Shown in pieces: positions 18,342-28,521 of a stretch of DNA of 63,928 bases. The notes beneath the pieces are model-generated. The model had not been told where the DNA came from, did not search any database, and saw only the letters and a list, made by a program, of their open reading frames with translations. Positions within the stretch are counted from its first letter, which is position 1; each line of letters starts with the position of its first letter. The stretch covers positions 1 through 63,928 of the IMG/VR virus record IMGVR_UViG_3300012147_000014. One strand, written 5' to 3'. Both the position numbers and the translations under genes were made by a program. This DNA comes from a virus. Lineage: Duplodnaviria; Caudoviricetes.

Positions 18342-20633
18342 TTATAGTTTGACGACATCAACGCTGGTGTTACCGCCGATTGTTAGCCCCGTTCCTGCTG
18401 TCCATGAATCCTTAACGGGTTGTGCCGCGTCCACTGGAATCGTGATCACCAGTGACGCATTCGTCCCTGACAACATGTTGGACGCTGAATCAATAACTGT
18501 TTTGTTGATATAGCAATCAATGGACGTTAGAGCGCTGCAATCACGGAACGCAGAGCTGCCGATTGACGTGACAGAGTCGCCAATCGTGACACTCGTTAGA
18601 CCGCTGCAAAAAAGGAACGCATAGCTGCCGATTGTCGTGACAGAGTCGGGAATCGTGACACTCGTTAGACCGCTGCAAAAAAGGAACGCAGAGCTGCCGA
18701 TTGTCGTGACAGAGTCGGGAATCGTGACACTCGTTAGAGCGCTGCAATCACGGAACGCAGAGCTGCCGATTGACGTGACAGAGTCGCCAATCGTGACACT
18801 CGTTAGACCGCTGCAATAACTGAACGCATAGCTGCCGATTGACGTGACAGAGTCGGGAATCGTGACACTCGTTAGAGCGCTGCAATCATAGAACGCAGAG
18901 CTGCCGATTGACGTGACAGAGTCGGGAATCGTGACACTCGTTAGAGCGCTGCAATCACGGAACGCAGAGCTGCCGATTGTTAGTAGTCCCTGGTTTAAAG
19001 TGACAGACTCAAGGCTTAGACTAGATTTAAACGCATCTGTTCCGAGCGATGTCACTGATCTACCGATTGAGGCATGTTCAACATTCGAGGGCGTGTCACC
19101 CGCTACAAGTTCTCCAATTACGAGCTTACTGGTGACAGCCCCCGTAGTCGTTGCGGAAAAGAGCGTCTCTTGGAGACCGCTATGCGCATCCACTCCGAGC
19201 TTAATCATCGCAGGCGACATGCTGCGGATAGCCGCCTCGGTGCCTGCGATGATTTCGGCGTTGGTGGCGGTGACGCCCGAAACAAGTGCCTGCCAATACT
19301 TGTTTGAGTCGTCGTCGGGATGCACAACTTGAGGAGATTCAGCCGGCCGGCTGGCTGAGGTTTCCAAGACCCACCAGCGCGACACTACGGATGCCCCTAT
19401 TACGATACGAGGAAGAACGACCACGGAGCCGACTGCGAGGGTTGCGGCCACTATGGAGTCGAGGTCGGTGCCTGCGCCGCCCGTGAGCCCAGTGATGGCA
19501 GAAAGTGGGCGGGCGTACCGCTGATCGCCTACGGACTGCGCGACCAATGGTGACCCCGAGGTGTCGCTCGAGATATTCTCTCCAAGCCCGTCGTTCACGA
19601 TCTCGCAATCGTACCGGTACGATGTCGCGTTCCCGTCAGCGTCTTTGATCTCGATCTCAAGGTAAGCGAAGGCTATTCCGTTTTCGACAGCATTGGCGTC
19701 TAGGTAGTTTTGAACTGCTGCGCGACGAATCGAAAGGCGGCCGGTCTTACCCTCGTAAGAGAGAAGGCCGGTCGCGCTACCCGTCATTTCAGGTTGATTG
19801 GCAAGGGCTAGATCGCCAATAAACTCAATAAGCCAGGAGCCGGATGCGACCTTGGTGACGATCACCGCAGCGTCCGCAATGTTGGAGAGTGCTATAAGGG
19901 CAGCCTGGACGGTTGCGGCGGTGGCGTCGTAGCTGATACTCGCGGTAGTCTGGCCATCGAAGCTCAAAGTAAAGTTACCACTGCGCGGAAAAGGGGACAG
20001 GGAAACTTTTTGCACCTCATTCACGGAGCCGGATCCTGCCTGAACAGTCGCGACGACGACTGCCGCAGCCGGAATGTCTGCCCAGGTGGCTTGCTCGGCA
20101 AGCGCAGCCTGTTTAATGCGAAGATATTGCACGCTGGATGAGTCAGCGTCACCGACATTCTCCTCGTGAATTTGAGCTTCACCTGAAGGTAAAATCAGTT
20201 CGGCATTCACCCCGAGCAAACTTCGGGTGCCGGGGTCGTCAAATTTGATTCGCCATGGCCCGCCCGCCTCGCCCGTAACTGTAACGTCTCCGGCGGTAGC
20301 GATTGATGCGAGTCCATTGATCGCAGTCTCGAGAGCCGCCGCAGTGACGCTATAGGGAAGGGCGGCAGTTTCGTTGCCCCCAAATCCAAGGGTGAAGGTT
20401 CCCCCCGTGACAGCTTGATCGGGATTAACGATGCCGACCCGCATACTTCCGCCTGATGGAAAGGAAATGGGATCAAACCCCGCATTGGCCTCTTCGGAAG
20501 TCTTCTTGAGCTGGAGGTTGATCGAGGGGTTGTCGCCCTGGAAAAACCGGAAACCGGATAGCATCAAAGTAGTGTCGAGACGTTGATGTATCGAACGTGA
20601 AGTTTGGTCTAGCCACCAGTTGTAATCCGCCAT
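18342..20633 (-). CDS. tail fibre/receptor-binding protein with C-terminal BspA-type LRRs
   Basis: GGTFTL...TAALPY repeated domains; six 23-aa LTSVTIPDSVTSIGxxAF repeats. Confidence 0.8.
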   Translation of the reverse strand: MADYNWWLDQTSRSIHQRLDTTLMLSGFRFFQGDNPSINLQLKKTSEEANAGFDPISFPSGGSMRVGIVNPDQAVTGGTFTLGFGGNETAALPYSVTAAALETAINGLASIATAGDVTVTGEAGGPWRIKFDDPGTRSLLGVNAELILPSGEAQIHEENVGDADSSSVQYLRIKQAALAEQATWADIPAAAVVVATVQAGSGSVNEVQKVSLSPFPRSGNFTLSFDGQTTASISYDATAATVQAALIALSNIADAAVIVTKVASGSWLIEFIGDLALANQPEMTGSATGLLSYEGKTGRLSIRRAAVQNYLDANAVENGIAFAYLEIEIKDADGNATSYRYDCEIVNDGLGENISSDTSGSPLVAQSVGDQRYARPLSAITGLTGGAGTDLDSIVAATLAVGSVVVLPRIVIGASVVSRWWVLETSASRPAESPQVVHPDDDSNKYWQALVSGVTATNAEIIAGTEAAIRSMSPAMIKLGVDAHSGLQETLFSATTTGAVTSKLVIGELVAGDTPSNVEHASIGRSVTSLGTDAFKSSLSLESVTLNQGLLTIGSSAFRDCSALTSVTIPDSVTSIGSSAFYDCSALTSVTIPDSVTSIGSYAFSYCSGLTSVTIGDSVTSIGSSAFRDCSALTSVTIPDSVTTIGSSAFLFCSGLTSVTIPDSVTTIGSYAFLFCSGLTSVTIGDSVTSIGSSAFRDCSALTSIDCYINKTVIDSASNMLSGTNASLVITIPVDAAQPVKDSWTAGTGLTIGGNTSVDVVKL
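18525..18980. repeat. 69-bp tandem repeats encoding LRR units
   Basis: near-identical DNA units, e.g. GTGACAGAGTCGGGAATCGTGACACTCGTTAGA. Confidence 0.9.
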
Positions 20634-20666
20634 AGATGGGGGCGAGTGTCAACGGCAGGAAAGGGG

Positions 20667-20946
20667 TCAACCACATCGACACCCTCTTTGAGCTGGCCTC
20701 TCGGCGCATTGTGTTATCGCGTGGGCTGTTTATCCCGCGCTTCTGCATGTTGCCATGCAGTTCAGACTATCTCTTCGGCGGCTAGGCCGTGGGGCGCTCG
20801 TGGGTAGATTACTGGCCGTTCTGGCCTCGCTACCTAGTCGTTGCACCTTCAATCGCATTCCTGCGAAAGCTTGGCTCAGGATTGTCCGCGTGGGAGTTTC
20901 CCTGAGTTCACCCCATAATGCCCGATGTCGATGTCGATGTGGTTGA
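20667..20946 (-). ncRNA. group I ribozyme core, intergenic, closed by a 15-bp stem
   Basis: P AACTCAGGGAAA, Q AATCCTGAGC, R GTGCAACGACTA, S AAGAGATAGTCT; P3, P4, P6, P7, P7.1, P8, P9 pairings visible. Confidence 0.8.
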
Positions 20947-20953
20947 AAAATCA

Positions 20954-21694
20954 TTAGTAGAGATAGGGTAGATAGTAAACGTCGCAGTCCTTGACAGCTC
21001 GTAATTCTGTCAGCCGTCCTGAAAGTCCTTGCGATGGCCTGTCCTCTCCGTCGTGGAACTCAGTTGCTCCACCATCATACCCTGCCCACATCCATGCGAT
21101 GATGCAGAGGTTCCACACTTGCGGGAGGGCGGCGAGCGCGGAAAGGCTAGTGCTTTTGCTAACGAGAAATGCCTCTAGCCCCGTTTCAATATTGCTGAGG
21201 TCGGTCGTAGTCGGCACCCAGAAGAACCCTGAATCCTCTGCGGCAGGCAACCACCCGCAGGTCTTCCCCGTAAAAGGGAAGCCCGTGCCCACGCTTACGC
21301 CTCTATAATCATATAGGTGGTAAGGGACTTCTTCGGATGGGAATCTGTATCGAGTAAACGCGCTATCTAGATCGACTGATCCACCGCTCGTCCGAATGCC
21401 GTAGGCGTCGCTTACATGGTAGCTGCCAAGATCGCCGAACCGCTTAGTCTTATTGATCGTTGGCGTGCCGCTCACCGTGAAGGGATCAAGGTTGATGTCA
21501 TTCCACCTCAACATTCGCGTGCAGTAATGCATATACTTCTGCACGGCGTTACCCGCGTTGCCGATAGATTCTTTTTGGAAAAACCCGTTGGGGTTGTCTT
21601 GCACACCATCGGCCTGCGAGACATAAGGTAGGCCAGGCACGTAGCAAGTCGGCGCGTCGGAATCGTCTTTATTGTTGGGTAGCCAGATTGCCAT
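20954..21694 (-). CDS. tail-region hypothetical protein
   Basis: position in tail operon. Confidence 0.6.
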   Translation of the reverse strand: MAIWLPNNKDDSDAPTCYVPGLPYVSQADGVQDNPNGFFQKESIGNAGNAVQKYMHYCTRMLRWNDINLDPFTVSGTPTINKTKRFGDLGSYHVSDAYGIRTSGGSVDLDSAFTRYRFPSEEVPYHLYDYRGVSVGTGFPFTGKTCGWLPAAEDSGFFWVPTTTDLSNIETGLEAFLVSKSTSLSALAALPQVWNLCIIAWMWAGYDGGATEFHDGEDRPSQGLSGRLTELRAVKDCDVYYLPYLY

Positions 21695-23289
21695 TAGGGG
21701 GACGGTGTTTTGGGTTCGGTCATCATGATGTAGCTCTCCTTCAGGTCGTCGCCATCACAGACCATAGTTGAGCGAAACTTAGCCACTCCCGACGCGGGTA
21801 AGTCGACTAGAGCGGCGGTAATTGATTTGGCGTCCTGATCGTCTATTATTATGGAGTTTGGCGAGATAGCCGTGCCCACCTCCGAGGTTATGTCACCTGC
21901 AAAGAAAGACGCTAGATCCTGAACATTCACATGGGCTGAGCCCATGCGTAGGTAGGATAGCTCAGCGCGAATGGGATCCACTACGAAGGCAAAATCGGCC
22001 CCACCTACAAGACTAAGTTGACCCGTAAAACCTATCGTAAGGTCTGCTACTCCATCGGTGGAGGCTCCCCCGATCTTAAGGTTTCCTGCATCGTAATCCG
22101 CCCACGGGACTCCGGCACCCGAAAGGGCAGAAAGGTCAATATCATCAGTAGCAAAGGTGCGGATCTCGTCACCATTGGGCATAGTGATGAGCTTAACCTG
22201 AATCGACTCACCGCTTGGAACTTCTCCCGCATCAAGCAAGAACTCCCCCGCTGCTGTATCGACGCCTTTAACGGTCGCTGGCCGAATGTCCACATACTCG
22301 CTCAGGGCTGTATTCGCGGCTAGTAAGTAACCTGAGTCGTCCTCTGCTCCGCCCGCGAGTGAGCCGACACCAATATAGCCGCCCGCCGTTGACCAATACG
22401 CCCCCGCCGTCTCTTCCGTGCCGAGCTTAGTGCCAATCTGAAAGGCGGGTTGCCCCTCCGTGGCACCGCCGCGCTGGAACTCGCCGCCATATCCGTTGAT
22501 ATTGAGGTCTTCCTCTGTCCAGATGGTGAGGTCGGTAATTACCGTGGGGTCAGCGGTTGTGGGGGCCTCGTCGGAATTATAATCCTGCCCGAATGTAACA
22601 TCGTTTTCCGCCTCATCGAATCCGAGCCATGGTGGGCGCGGAGGCCAGCTCAGGAAGCCTGCCGTGAGATTCTCCACGACTCCCACCGATAGGACGCTGC
22701 CCGTCTTGATCACCTCGACCGTGCCGACCTCAAGCAATACTTCTCCGTCCTCCGGGGCGATTTCTCCCTCCTCCGAGGCGATTTCTCCCTCCTCAACTGC
22801 CCACTCTATAGCAGTCACTTTTTTGCCTACGGCTTGATCTATCGAGACGCGGACAAATGCTGTGTAGTTCCCGGCAGCAGACAGGGCAATGGGCTCGGCC
22901 GGGGTGATGTCAAATTTCGCAGGCGCAGTTGAACCGACGGTGTAATCGTAGAGGAATGACGGCACGACATCGACTAGCACATCGCCATTATCTGGGTCGA
23001 TCGCCGTTTTTATTTTAAGAGGGTAATCGGACGATCCACCGCCGCCGCCGCCGGGAGTTCCGGAGAGCGAAATCGTGTGCGGGTTGAGTAGGTTTTTTGT
23101 GATATACTTCCCCGACACTATGTTGTCTCCACGCGCCAAAGCCTTGATCGCCTCTTGCATAGAATTTAGGCGCTCTTGCGTCTTCTTCCATCTTCCGTTC
23201 CCGACCGCCACTTCGGTCAGTTCGGTGAGTAGTTGCCCTAATTTACTCATAAGTTCAGGTTTCGCTGTAAATGTCTGGGTTCGCGCCAT
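21694..23289 (-). CDS. tail tip/minor tail protein
   Basis: position; poly-Gly linker; acidic beta-rich sequence. Confidence 0.55.
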   Translation of the reverse strand: MARTQTFTAKPELMSKLGQLLTELTEVAVGNGRWKKTQERLNSMQEAIKALARGDNIVSGKYITKNLLNPHTISLSGTPGGGGGGSSDYPLKIKTAIDPDNGDVLVDVVPSFLYDYTVGSTAPAKFDITPAEPIALSAAGNYTAFVRVSIDQAVGKKVTAIEWAVEEGEIASEEGEIAPEDGEVLLEVGTVEVIKTGSVLSVGVVENLTAGFLSWPPRPPWLGFDEAENDVTFGQDYNSDEAPTTADPTVITDLTIWTEEDLNINGYGGEFQRGGATEGQPAFQIGTKLGTEETAGAYWSTAGGYIGVGSLAGGAEDDSGYLLAANTALSEYVDIRPATVKGVDTAAGEFLLDAGEVPSGESIQVKLITMPNGDEIRTFATDDIDLSALSGAGVPWADYDAGNLKIGGASTDGVADLTIGFTGQLSLVGGADFAFVVDPIRAELSYLRMGSAHVNVQDLASFFAGDITSEVGTAISPNSIIIDDQDAKSITAALVDLPASGVAKFRSTMVCDGDDLKESYIMMTEPKTPSP

Positions 23290-23953
23290 CTGGGCCAGAC
23301 AGCTTCCACTCTTTTGATCGCTGAAATGTCTTACCTCGTTGCGAATAAGGGTTGGAAATCAGTATCCAGTCGCGGCCAGCTGGCGTCGGTGGACTGCCGT
23401 CGGGGTTATCAATCTTACCAATAGCCTGAATATCGCTATCGCTTGGGGCGCTTCGGGCACTCCATATCTTGCGCCAAACAACTTCTCCATAGCTCAAGAA
23501 AGCTTCCACGCCTGCAAGGTTTCTTTTTCCCGGGTAGTCTTCGCCGTCCACTTTGGCAGGGAAGCCCGTAAATTTACCGTCCTCGTCGGTTACATCATCC
23601 AGTGTAAGCCCTGCGCCGGAAAGTATCTGGTCAAAGTTTGGGTGGCCTTCGATTGCAAACTCACCAGCTGAGTTGCCTAGCTCATAAATGGGCTCACTTT
23701 CATTACCCTCGATGCCAAAAAACTCGCCATCAATTGCGACAAATGCCCCCACGCCTCGCATTGACCATCGCTCGAGCTCAAGCCATGGAAATAGCGGGTG
23801 TCCTGAGTTGGGTGCAGGTACGGCCGCCCTGAAGTTGTCGGGGTCGGTCATCCAGGTGACGCGCCCTTGGAAGAGCCCATATCGATCTTGCGATACGTCG
23901 TGCACCTTATTCAGCCAAACGCGGCCACTTCTGAACCTGTATGTAATTCCCAT
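23255..23953 (-). CDS. distal tail/hub-like protein
   Basis: immediately after tape measure gene. Confidence 0.5.
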   Translation of the reverse strand: MGITYRFRSGRVWLNKVHDVSQDRYGLFQGRVTWMTDPDNFRAAVPAPNSGHPLFPWLELERWSMRGVGAFVAIDGEFFGIEGNESEPIYELGNSAGEFAIEGHPNFDQILSGAGLTLDDVTDEDGKFTGFPAKVDGEDYPGKRNLAGVEAFLSYGEVVWRKIWSARSAPSDSDIQAIGKIDNPDGSPPTPAGRDWILISNPYSQRGKTFQRSKEWKLSGPDGANPDIYSET

Positions 23954-23955
23954 GT

Positions 23956-26775
23956 TTAGATCGGGCCTCCTTCGCCTATGATGGCGTCAAGTTTCGTGTT
24001 GCTGGACTCAAGTGCTTTCACCATACGGTCGCGTGAGCGCTGGGCGGGATCGCTGCCAGAGGCAAAGCCTCCGAGCCCGAGCCGCTGGAATTGATCGGCT
24101 ACAATGCTTGAGCCCTTCGCTTTCTCTTGAGCGCCGATTTCGGCTTTGAGTTGGCGCTCTGCCATCGCTTCGGCGTCACTACGAGTCATGTCGCCTTCAA
24201 TGATGTTCTGGAGAGTAAGGGATCGTAGGCGCTCTTGGTCTTCGATTCCCCGCGCACCCCTCTTGTCTCCTTTAACGCGGGCTTCATTGGCCGCAATCTC
24301 GACGGCTTGGTCGCGACGGAAGTTGCGCGTGTCGGTATCGCGCTGCTCTTTTCGGTTAGCAAGCTCGCCGTCAGCAATACCAGGGTCTAGTCCTTGGTCG
24401 AGCAGTTCTTGGCGGCGCTGGGATAGGAACACCTCGTCTTTTTTCGCTTCTAATTCTTGGCGGGAACGGCGAACATTACTCATGTTGCCCCTACCTGCGT
24501 GATAAGTAAGAGAGCTTTCCATATCCGCGATCTCGAGTTGATCCTTAGCCAGCTTGCCCGCGCGCTCACGCTCTTTGTTCTGCAAAAGAAGCTCTTGGGT
24601 AATCTGCTCTTGCTCAGCCTTCAAGCTATTGAGATTCTTAAGGTCATCCTGAGCGTTTATTGATCCCTCATCCCATGCGCCCAGAGATGCGATTTTGGTG
24701 CGGATTTCTTGTAGTCGCCTAAGCGCTGCAATCCGTAGGTTAATTGGGGCGAGCTCATTACGCGCCTGAGCACGCTCCTGCTTGGCACGCTCCTGCTCGG
24801 CTTCTTGCGCCCCCACCCCGAATCCCCTGCTACCAACGCCAGTAAATTTCCCGTCTGGCGCATCAGGCATAGCTCCCTTGATCACATTTGCTCGGCCTTC
24901 GAGTTCGGTAATGCTATCAGCTATTTTAGTATCGAAGTCGTTGGATTTTCGGTTACCTTCCCGCAGTTCTGTAGCAACATTGATGCGATCTTGAATGTCC
25001 TTTTGGCGCTGTGCTAGTAAGACAGATTTCTCTTCGCCATTTGCGCGAGCCATTAGGCCACTAAAAACTACGTCCTTGATTTGCTTTTCGAGTTTCAGCC
25101 GCTCAATGAGGTCGTCCTTGTCGCGGCTGTCAGTTAAGCCCTCCGTGCCTTTGGCGCGCGCTCGCTCAAGTCGCTCTTCCGCATCCCTTGCCCCTTTCTC
25201 AGCAATCGCAACCCCTTCCTTGTTTCCGAAAAATTTCTGCCTATCCATAGCCTTGGCCTCGGCCAGTGCCTCGTACGACTTGATAAGTGAAGCGACTAGC
25301 TGACGCTCCGCTTCCATCTTTTCCTGCACAGTCGTGATCGCACGAGCCTGCTTGTTCGCTTCCTCCCGAACGCCCTTCTGGGCTTCCTTGAGGTCGTTCA
25401 AATACTGAGTCTGTTCCTTGGTCGCACGGTGCCATAGGTAGAGGCTGGCGATAAGGACGCCGACGGCTGCGGCGGCGGCACCAATGGGAGTTACCAGGAC
25501 GGCAAACGCGGCCTTGAAAGCAGCTCCCACTAAACCTACAATAGCCTTGAGACCTTTCATTATGCCCGTAAGTATCTTTCCTCGAATCGTTGACCCGGCG
25601 ACGGCTGCATCCATCGTCTTGGTTCCGGCGGCAGTCGCGAACATGTTAGCGGCTGTTTGCTTGAGCGCTGCGCTAAGTGAGCCGAGTTGGCTCCTGAGCA
25701 CCTTGATGCCATTTATCGTGACGGCGGCCTGCGCGAAGATCGCCGCAGCGCTAAACACAATGAAAGCACGCATCGCAAGGGTAGCTGCGGTCGCTACGGC
25801 CTCCATGGCGGCCTTGTTTTGCTTAATTTTATTCGTAAAATCGCCCATCATCCCCATTGCCCGGAGGTGATCCCCTAGTTCTGCGATCACCGGCGTAAAG
25901 GCTTCAGTCGCCACGATGGCGGCCTTAATGCCGTCCTTCTCGCGCTCAAGGAAGTTGTTGCCGAAACCCCGCGCCATCGCGTCTTGAGCGTCGAGCAAGG
26001 TTGAGCTCAAACCTTCTGCGGTTTGAGAAAGTAACTCCATCCCGCCCGCGTTGCGCTGCAGCTGTTTCTCGACTAGCGCCCACATACTGCGGGTACTTGC
26101 GCCCGCCTCGGTAAGTTGTTCGATTTCGCGGCGCACCGAACCAGAGACGACCCCCATTTCCTGCAGCCGCATCATGGCTTCACCCGTAGGGGCTCCACTC
26201 TTGAGAGCATCGTAGAGTCGCCCGACCCAGAAGGAGACCTCTTCGAGCGGCCGTCCTGCGATCGCAGCACTGTCGCCGATCATGCGCAGACCCGCAGAAG
26301 TAGCGAGTGCGCCTTGCGTCATAATCTCCAGCAGGCGCGAAGACTCAGCAATACCTTTGATTGAAAAAGGAGTGGTTTCGGCAAATTTAAAAAGTTCAGC
26401 AAGGCGCGTTCTAGCTGCCTGAATGCCTCCGAGCAGTGGAGTGAACTGAGTGACGAGCTTCTCCATGCCACGCGCTTCTTTCAGCCCGTCTGCCATGAGG
26501 CGCGTTTGCCCCACAACTAGACTCATTGCGTATCCAATGCCGACGACGGCACCAGAGATTAGTCCGAGCGGGCCCAATACTCGCGTGAGCAAAATGCCAC
26601 GAAGACCTGCCCACGACGCTTGCGCGGCACTGCCACCGGATGCCAAGATGATACCAGGTTCAGCCAGATCGCCAGCCATGTCGCCCAAGCTGTTCTTGAA
26701 CGCGGCCTTGCCAACGAGCTTAGGTCGAACGCTCGCTTCAATGGGTACTTTTTTGGGCGTGTTGGGTTCGTCCAT
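23956..26775 (-). CDS. tape measure protein
   Basis: FAETTPFSI motif, Ala-rich helical, hydrophobic segments, 939 aa. Confidence 0.85.
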   Translation of the reverse strand: MDEPNTPKKVPIEASVRPKLVGKAAFKNSLGDMAGDLAEPGIILASGGSAAQASWAGLRGILLTRVLGPLGLISGAVVGIGYAMSLVVGQTRLMADGLKEARGMEKLVTQFTPLLGGIQAARTRLAELFKFAETTPFSIKGIAESSRLLEIMTQGALATSAGLRMIGDSAAIAGRPLEEVSFWVGRLYDALKSGAPTGEAMMRLQEMGVVSGSVRREIEQLTEAGASTRSMWALVEKQLQRNAGGMELLSQTAEGLSSTLLDAQDAMARGFGNNFLEREKDGIKAAIVATEAFTPVIAELGDHLRAMGMMGDFTNKIKQNKAAMEAVATAATLAMRAFIVFSAAAIFAQAAVTINGIKVLRSQLGSLSAALKQTAANMFATAAGTKTMDAAVAGSTIRGKILTGIMKGLKAIVGLVGAAFKAAFAVLVTPIGAAAAAVGVLIASLYLWHRATKEQTQYLNDLKEAQKGVREEANKQARAITTVQEKMEAERQLVASLIKSYEALAEAKAMDRQKFFGNKEGVAIAEKGARDAEERLERARAKGTEGLTDSRDKDDLIERLKLEKQIKDVVFSGLMARANGEEKSVLLAQRQKDIQDRINVATELREGNRKSNDFDTKIADSITELEGRANVIKGAMPDAPDGKFTGVGSRGFGVGAQEAEQERAKQERAQARNELAPINLRIAALRRLQEIRTKIASLGAWDEGSINAQDDLKNLNSLKAEQEQITQELLLQNKERERAGKLAKDQLEIADMESSLTYHAGRGNMSNVRRSRQELEAKKDEVFLSQRRQELLDQGLDPGIADGELANRKEQRDTDTRNFRRDQAVEIAANEARVKGDKRGARGIEDQERLRSLTLQNIIEGDMTRSDAEAMAERQLKAEIGAQEKAKGSSIVADQFQRLGLGGFASGSDPAQRSRDRMVKALESSNTKLDAIIGEGGPI

Positions 26776-26776
26776 A

Positions 26777-27526
26777 TTAGTCGTCGAGGGTCAAATTAGG
26801 TAATTCAAAGGACAGTTCCTTTAAGAGCACCTTGCGCTCCTTCGCTCGAGCCTTCTGCCAGGCTTGAACCAGTTTGAAGCAATCGTCCGCAAGTAGGCCG
26901 GCTTCTCTAAGCTGCGTAGCGGGCGCGATCGCTTCGCCTCCGCTCTTTAGCGCTTCGCAGAGTGCCGCCATACCGTCGCGCAGTAGATTGAGCTTTGCCA
27001 TGCCTTCCTCGCTCTCAGGCTGCACGAAGTCGAGATCATCGCCGCTGTGGACGCCCCGGGCGGCCTTGAGCCATTCACCCTTACCGACGGGGTAGTTCCA
27101 TGCCTCTTTCTCTGATAGCCCCAAAAGCATGAGGCCTGACACTCCAGAAAGAGATTGTGGCATTTGACCTCGGGTAGCTGTCGCACGCTCAGAAATCCAA
27201 AACTCTGGGCCTTGTGTGTGGAAGCTAATGTACCTCCCGAACTCAATCGCTTGCTGCTCTACATCGCGGAGACGTATCGCGGAAAGCCATCGAAGCCACT
27301 TTGGGTACGATCTAGCCTGCCGGGGATAGCGAGTGCGGCAAATACAAGTAGCGATATTTATCGCGCCTGCGAGCACCCTAGTCTCGTCGACCCCTTTACC
27401 GTCGATGAAAGGAGAATCGCTAGCCTCCAACTGAAATAAGTGCCAGTATGAAAAAGGCCGGAGTTTCCGGCCTAGTATGGTGAACCGACCCCCTAATACG
27501 GAGTCGCTGTATCGGGAGTCTTGCAC
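26777..27526 (-). CDS. tail assembly chaperone-like
   Basis: between tail tube and tape measure genes. Confidence 0.5.
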   Translation of the reverse strand: MQDSRYSDSVLGGRFTILGRKLRPFSYWHLFQLEASDSPFIDGKGVDETRVLAGAINIATCICRTRYPRQARSYPKWLRWLSAIRLRDVEQQAIEFGRYISFHTQGPEFWISERATATRGQMPQSLSGVSGLMLLGLSEKEAWNYPVGKGEWLKAARGVHSGDDLDFVQPESEEGMAKLNLLRDGMAALCEALKSGGEAIAPATQLREAGLLADDCFKLVQAWQKARAKERKVLLKELSFELPNLTLDD

Positions 27527-27535
27527 ATTCTCCCG

Positions 27536-27877
27536 CTAGGTGGTGATACCGTCATAGCCCTTGGCGGTGATGCTGGCTTTCTTCCAATCGCGATTAGCCC
27601 AAGAGGTCTCAACGTTGGTCATGTAAAGGGTAACCCCTTGCGCTACAAACTTGGTGCCGGGAGCAGGGGGGTTTCCCGTAAACTTGCCCGATACGGTGAC
27701 TTCGTATTGAAGGCCCCCAATCGCGTAAGCTTCAACAATACCAAGATTATTAACCCCCTCTTCATCTACCTGAACGGAAGATCGGAGTGTCGCACTTTCC
27801 AAGACCAGACCCGTGATAGTAATTTGATTGGTCGGAATGCCGAAGGTATATTGAGTTCCTTTTACTGCTACTGTCAT
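27536..27877 (-). CDS. tail tube protein (putative)
   Basis: small beta-rich protein, position. Confidence 0.5.
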   Translation of the reverse strand: MTVAVKGTQYTFGIPTNQITITGLVLESATLRSSVQVDEEGVNNLGIVEAYAIGGLQYEVTVSGKFTGNPPAPGTKFVAQGVTLYMTNVETSWANRDWKKASITAKGYDGITT

Positions 27878-27905
27878 AGCGTCTGCAGTATGTCAACTGA
27901 ACCCA

Positions 27906-28343
27906 TTATGCTTCCAGCACGGCCAAGACCAGTCGCATGCCGTCGCCCACGTAGTCGCCCGAATCACCTCCACCGATTGACTCAATAAACCATCCTTTCA
28001 GGAAGACCCCTGGAACAATTCGCCCGTGCGCCCAAAGGGGCAGGTTGCCCTTGAAAATACCCTGTAGTTTACCAACCGCTTCTTTGCGCTCAGCATGGGT
28101 GCTGTGAGCGTAATGCGCCATCCGGATCACATCAATCGGCACATTATAGATCGGCCCAGAAGGAAGCTGCGGTTCCGCATCTTCGCCCTCGGGTTGCATA
28201 ACTGAAATGTAAACGGGGTGCGGTAGGTCGCATGTTTGGTCAGATCCTTCGACGATCAGATCAGCCACTCCGGGGAGTGCTCGGCGTATGATCGCGGCTA
28301 CGAGTTCTTCGCATTTGAGAGTGATTGCACTGTTATTGGACAT
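27906..28343 (-). CDS. tail terminator-like
   Basis: position and size. Confidence 0.45.
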   Translation of the reverse strand: MSNNSAITLKCEELVAAIIRRALPGVADLIVEGSDQTCDLPHPVYISVMQPEGEDAEPQLPSGPIYNVPIDVIRMAHYAHSTHAERKEAVGKLQGIFKGNLPLWAHGRIVPGVFLKGWFIESIGGGDSGDYVGDGMRLVLAVLEA

Positions 28344-28521
28344 GGGTGTTTTCCTTCCGGGTTTTATTGCGCTCGATCCTCTCCACCTCGCGCTGTATAG
28401 ATCGAGCTACGGGTGAGCGGTTGCCTCGCTTAATGTTGTCGGCTACTTCCACCACAGACTGCTCAACCGATCGAAGATCAGACTTAATTTCGTAACCTAC
28501 ACTCAGACCCTTACCACTCAT
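28333..28521 (-). CDS. hypothetical neck-region protein
   Basis: coupled ORF. Confidence 0.4.
   Translation of the reverse strand: MSGKGLSVGYEIKSDLRSVEQSVVEVADNIKRGNRSPVARSIQREVERIERNKTRKENTHVQ

Noticed and set aside
20730-20954. 74-aa ORF between tail genes
   Set aside because: Coincides with the group I core; sequence is better explained by RNA structure.
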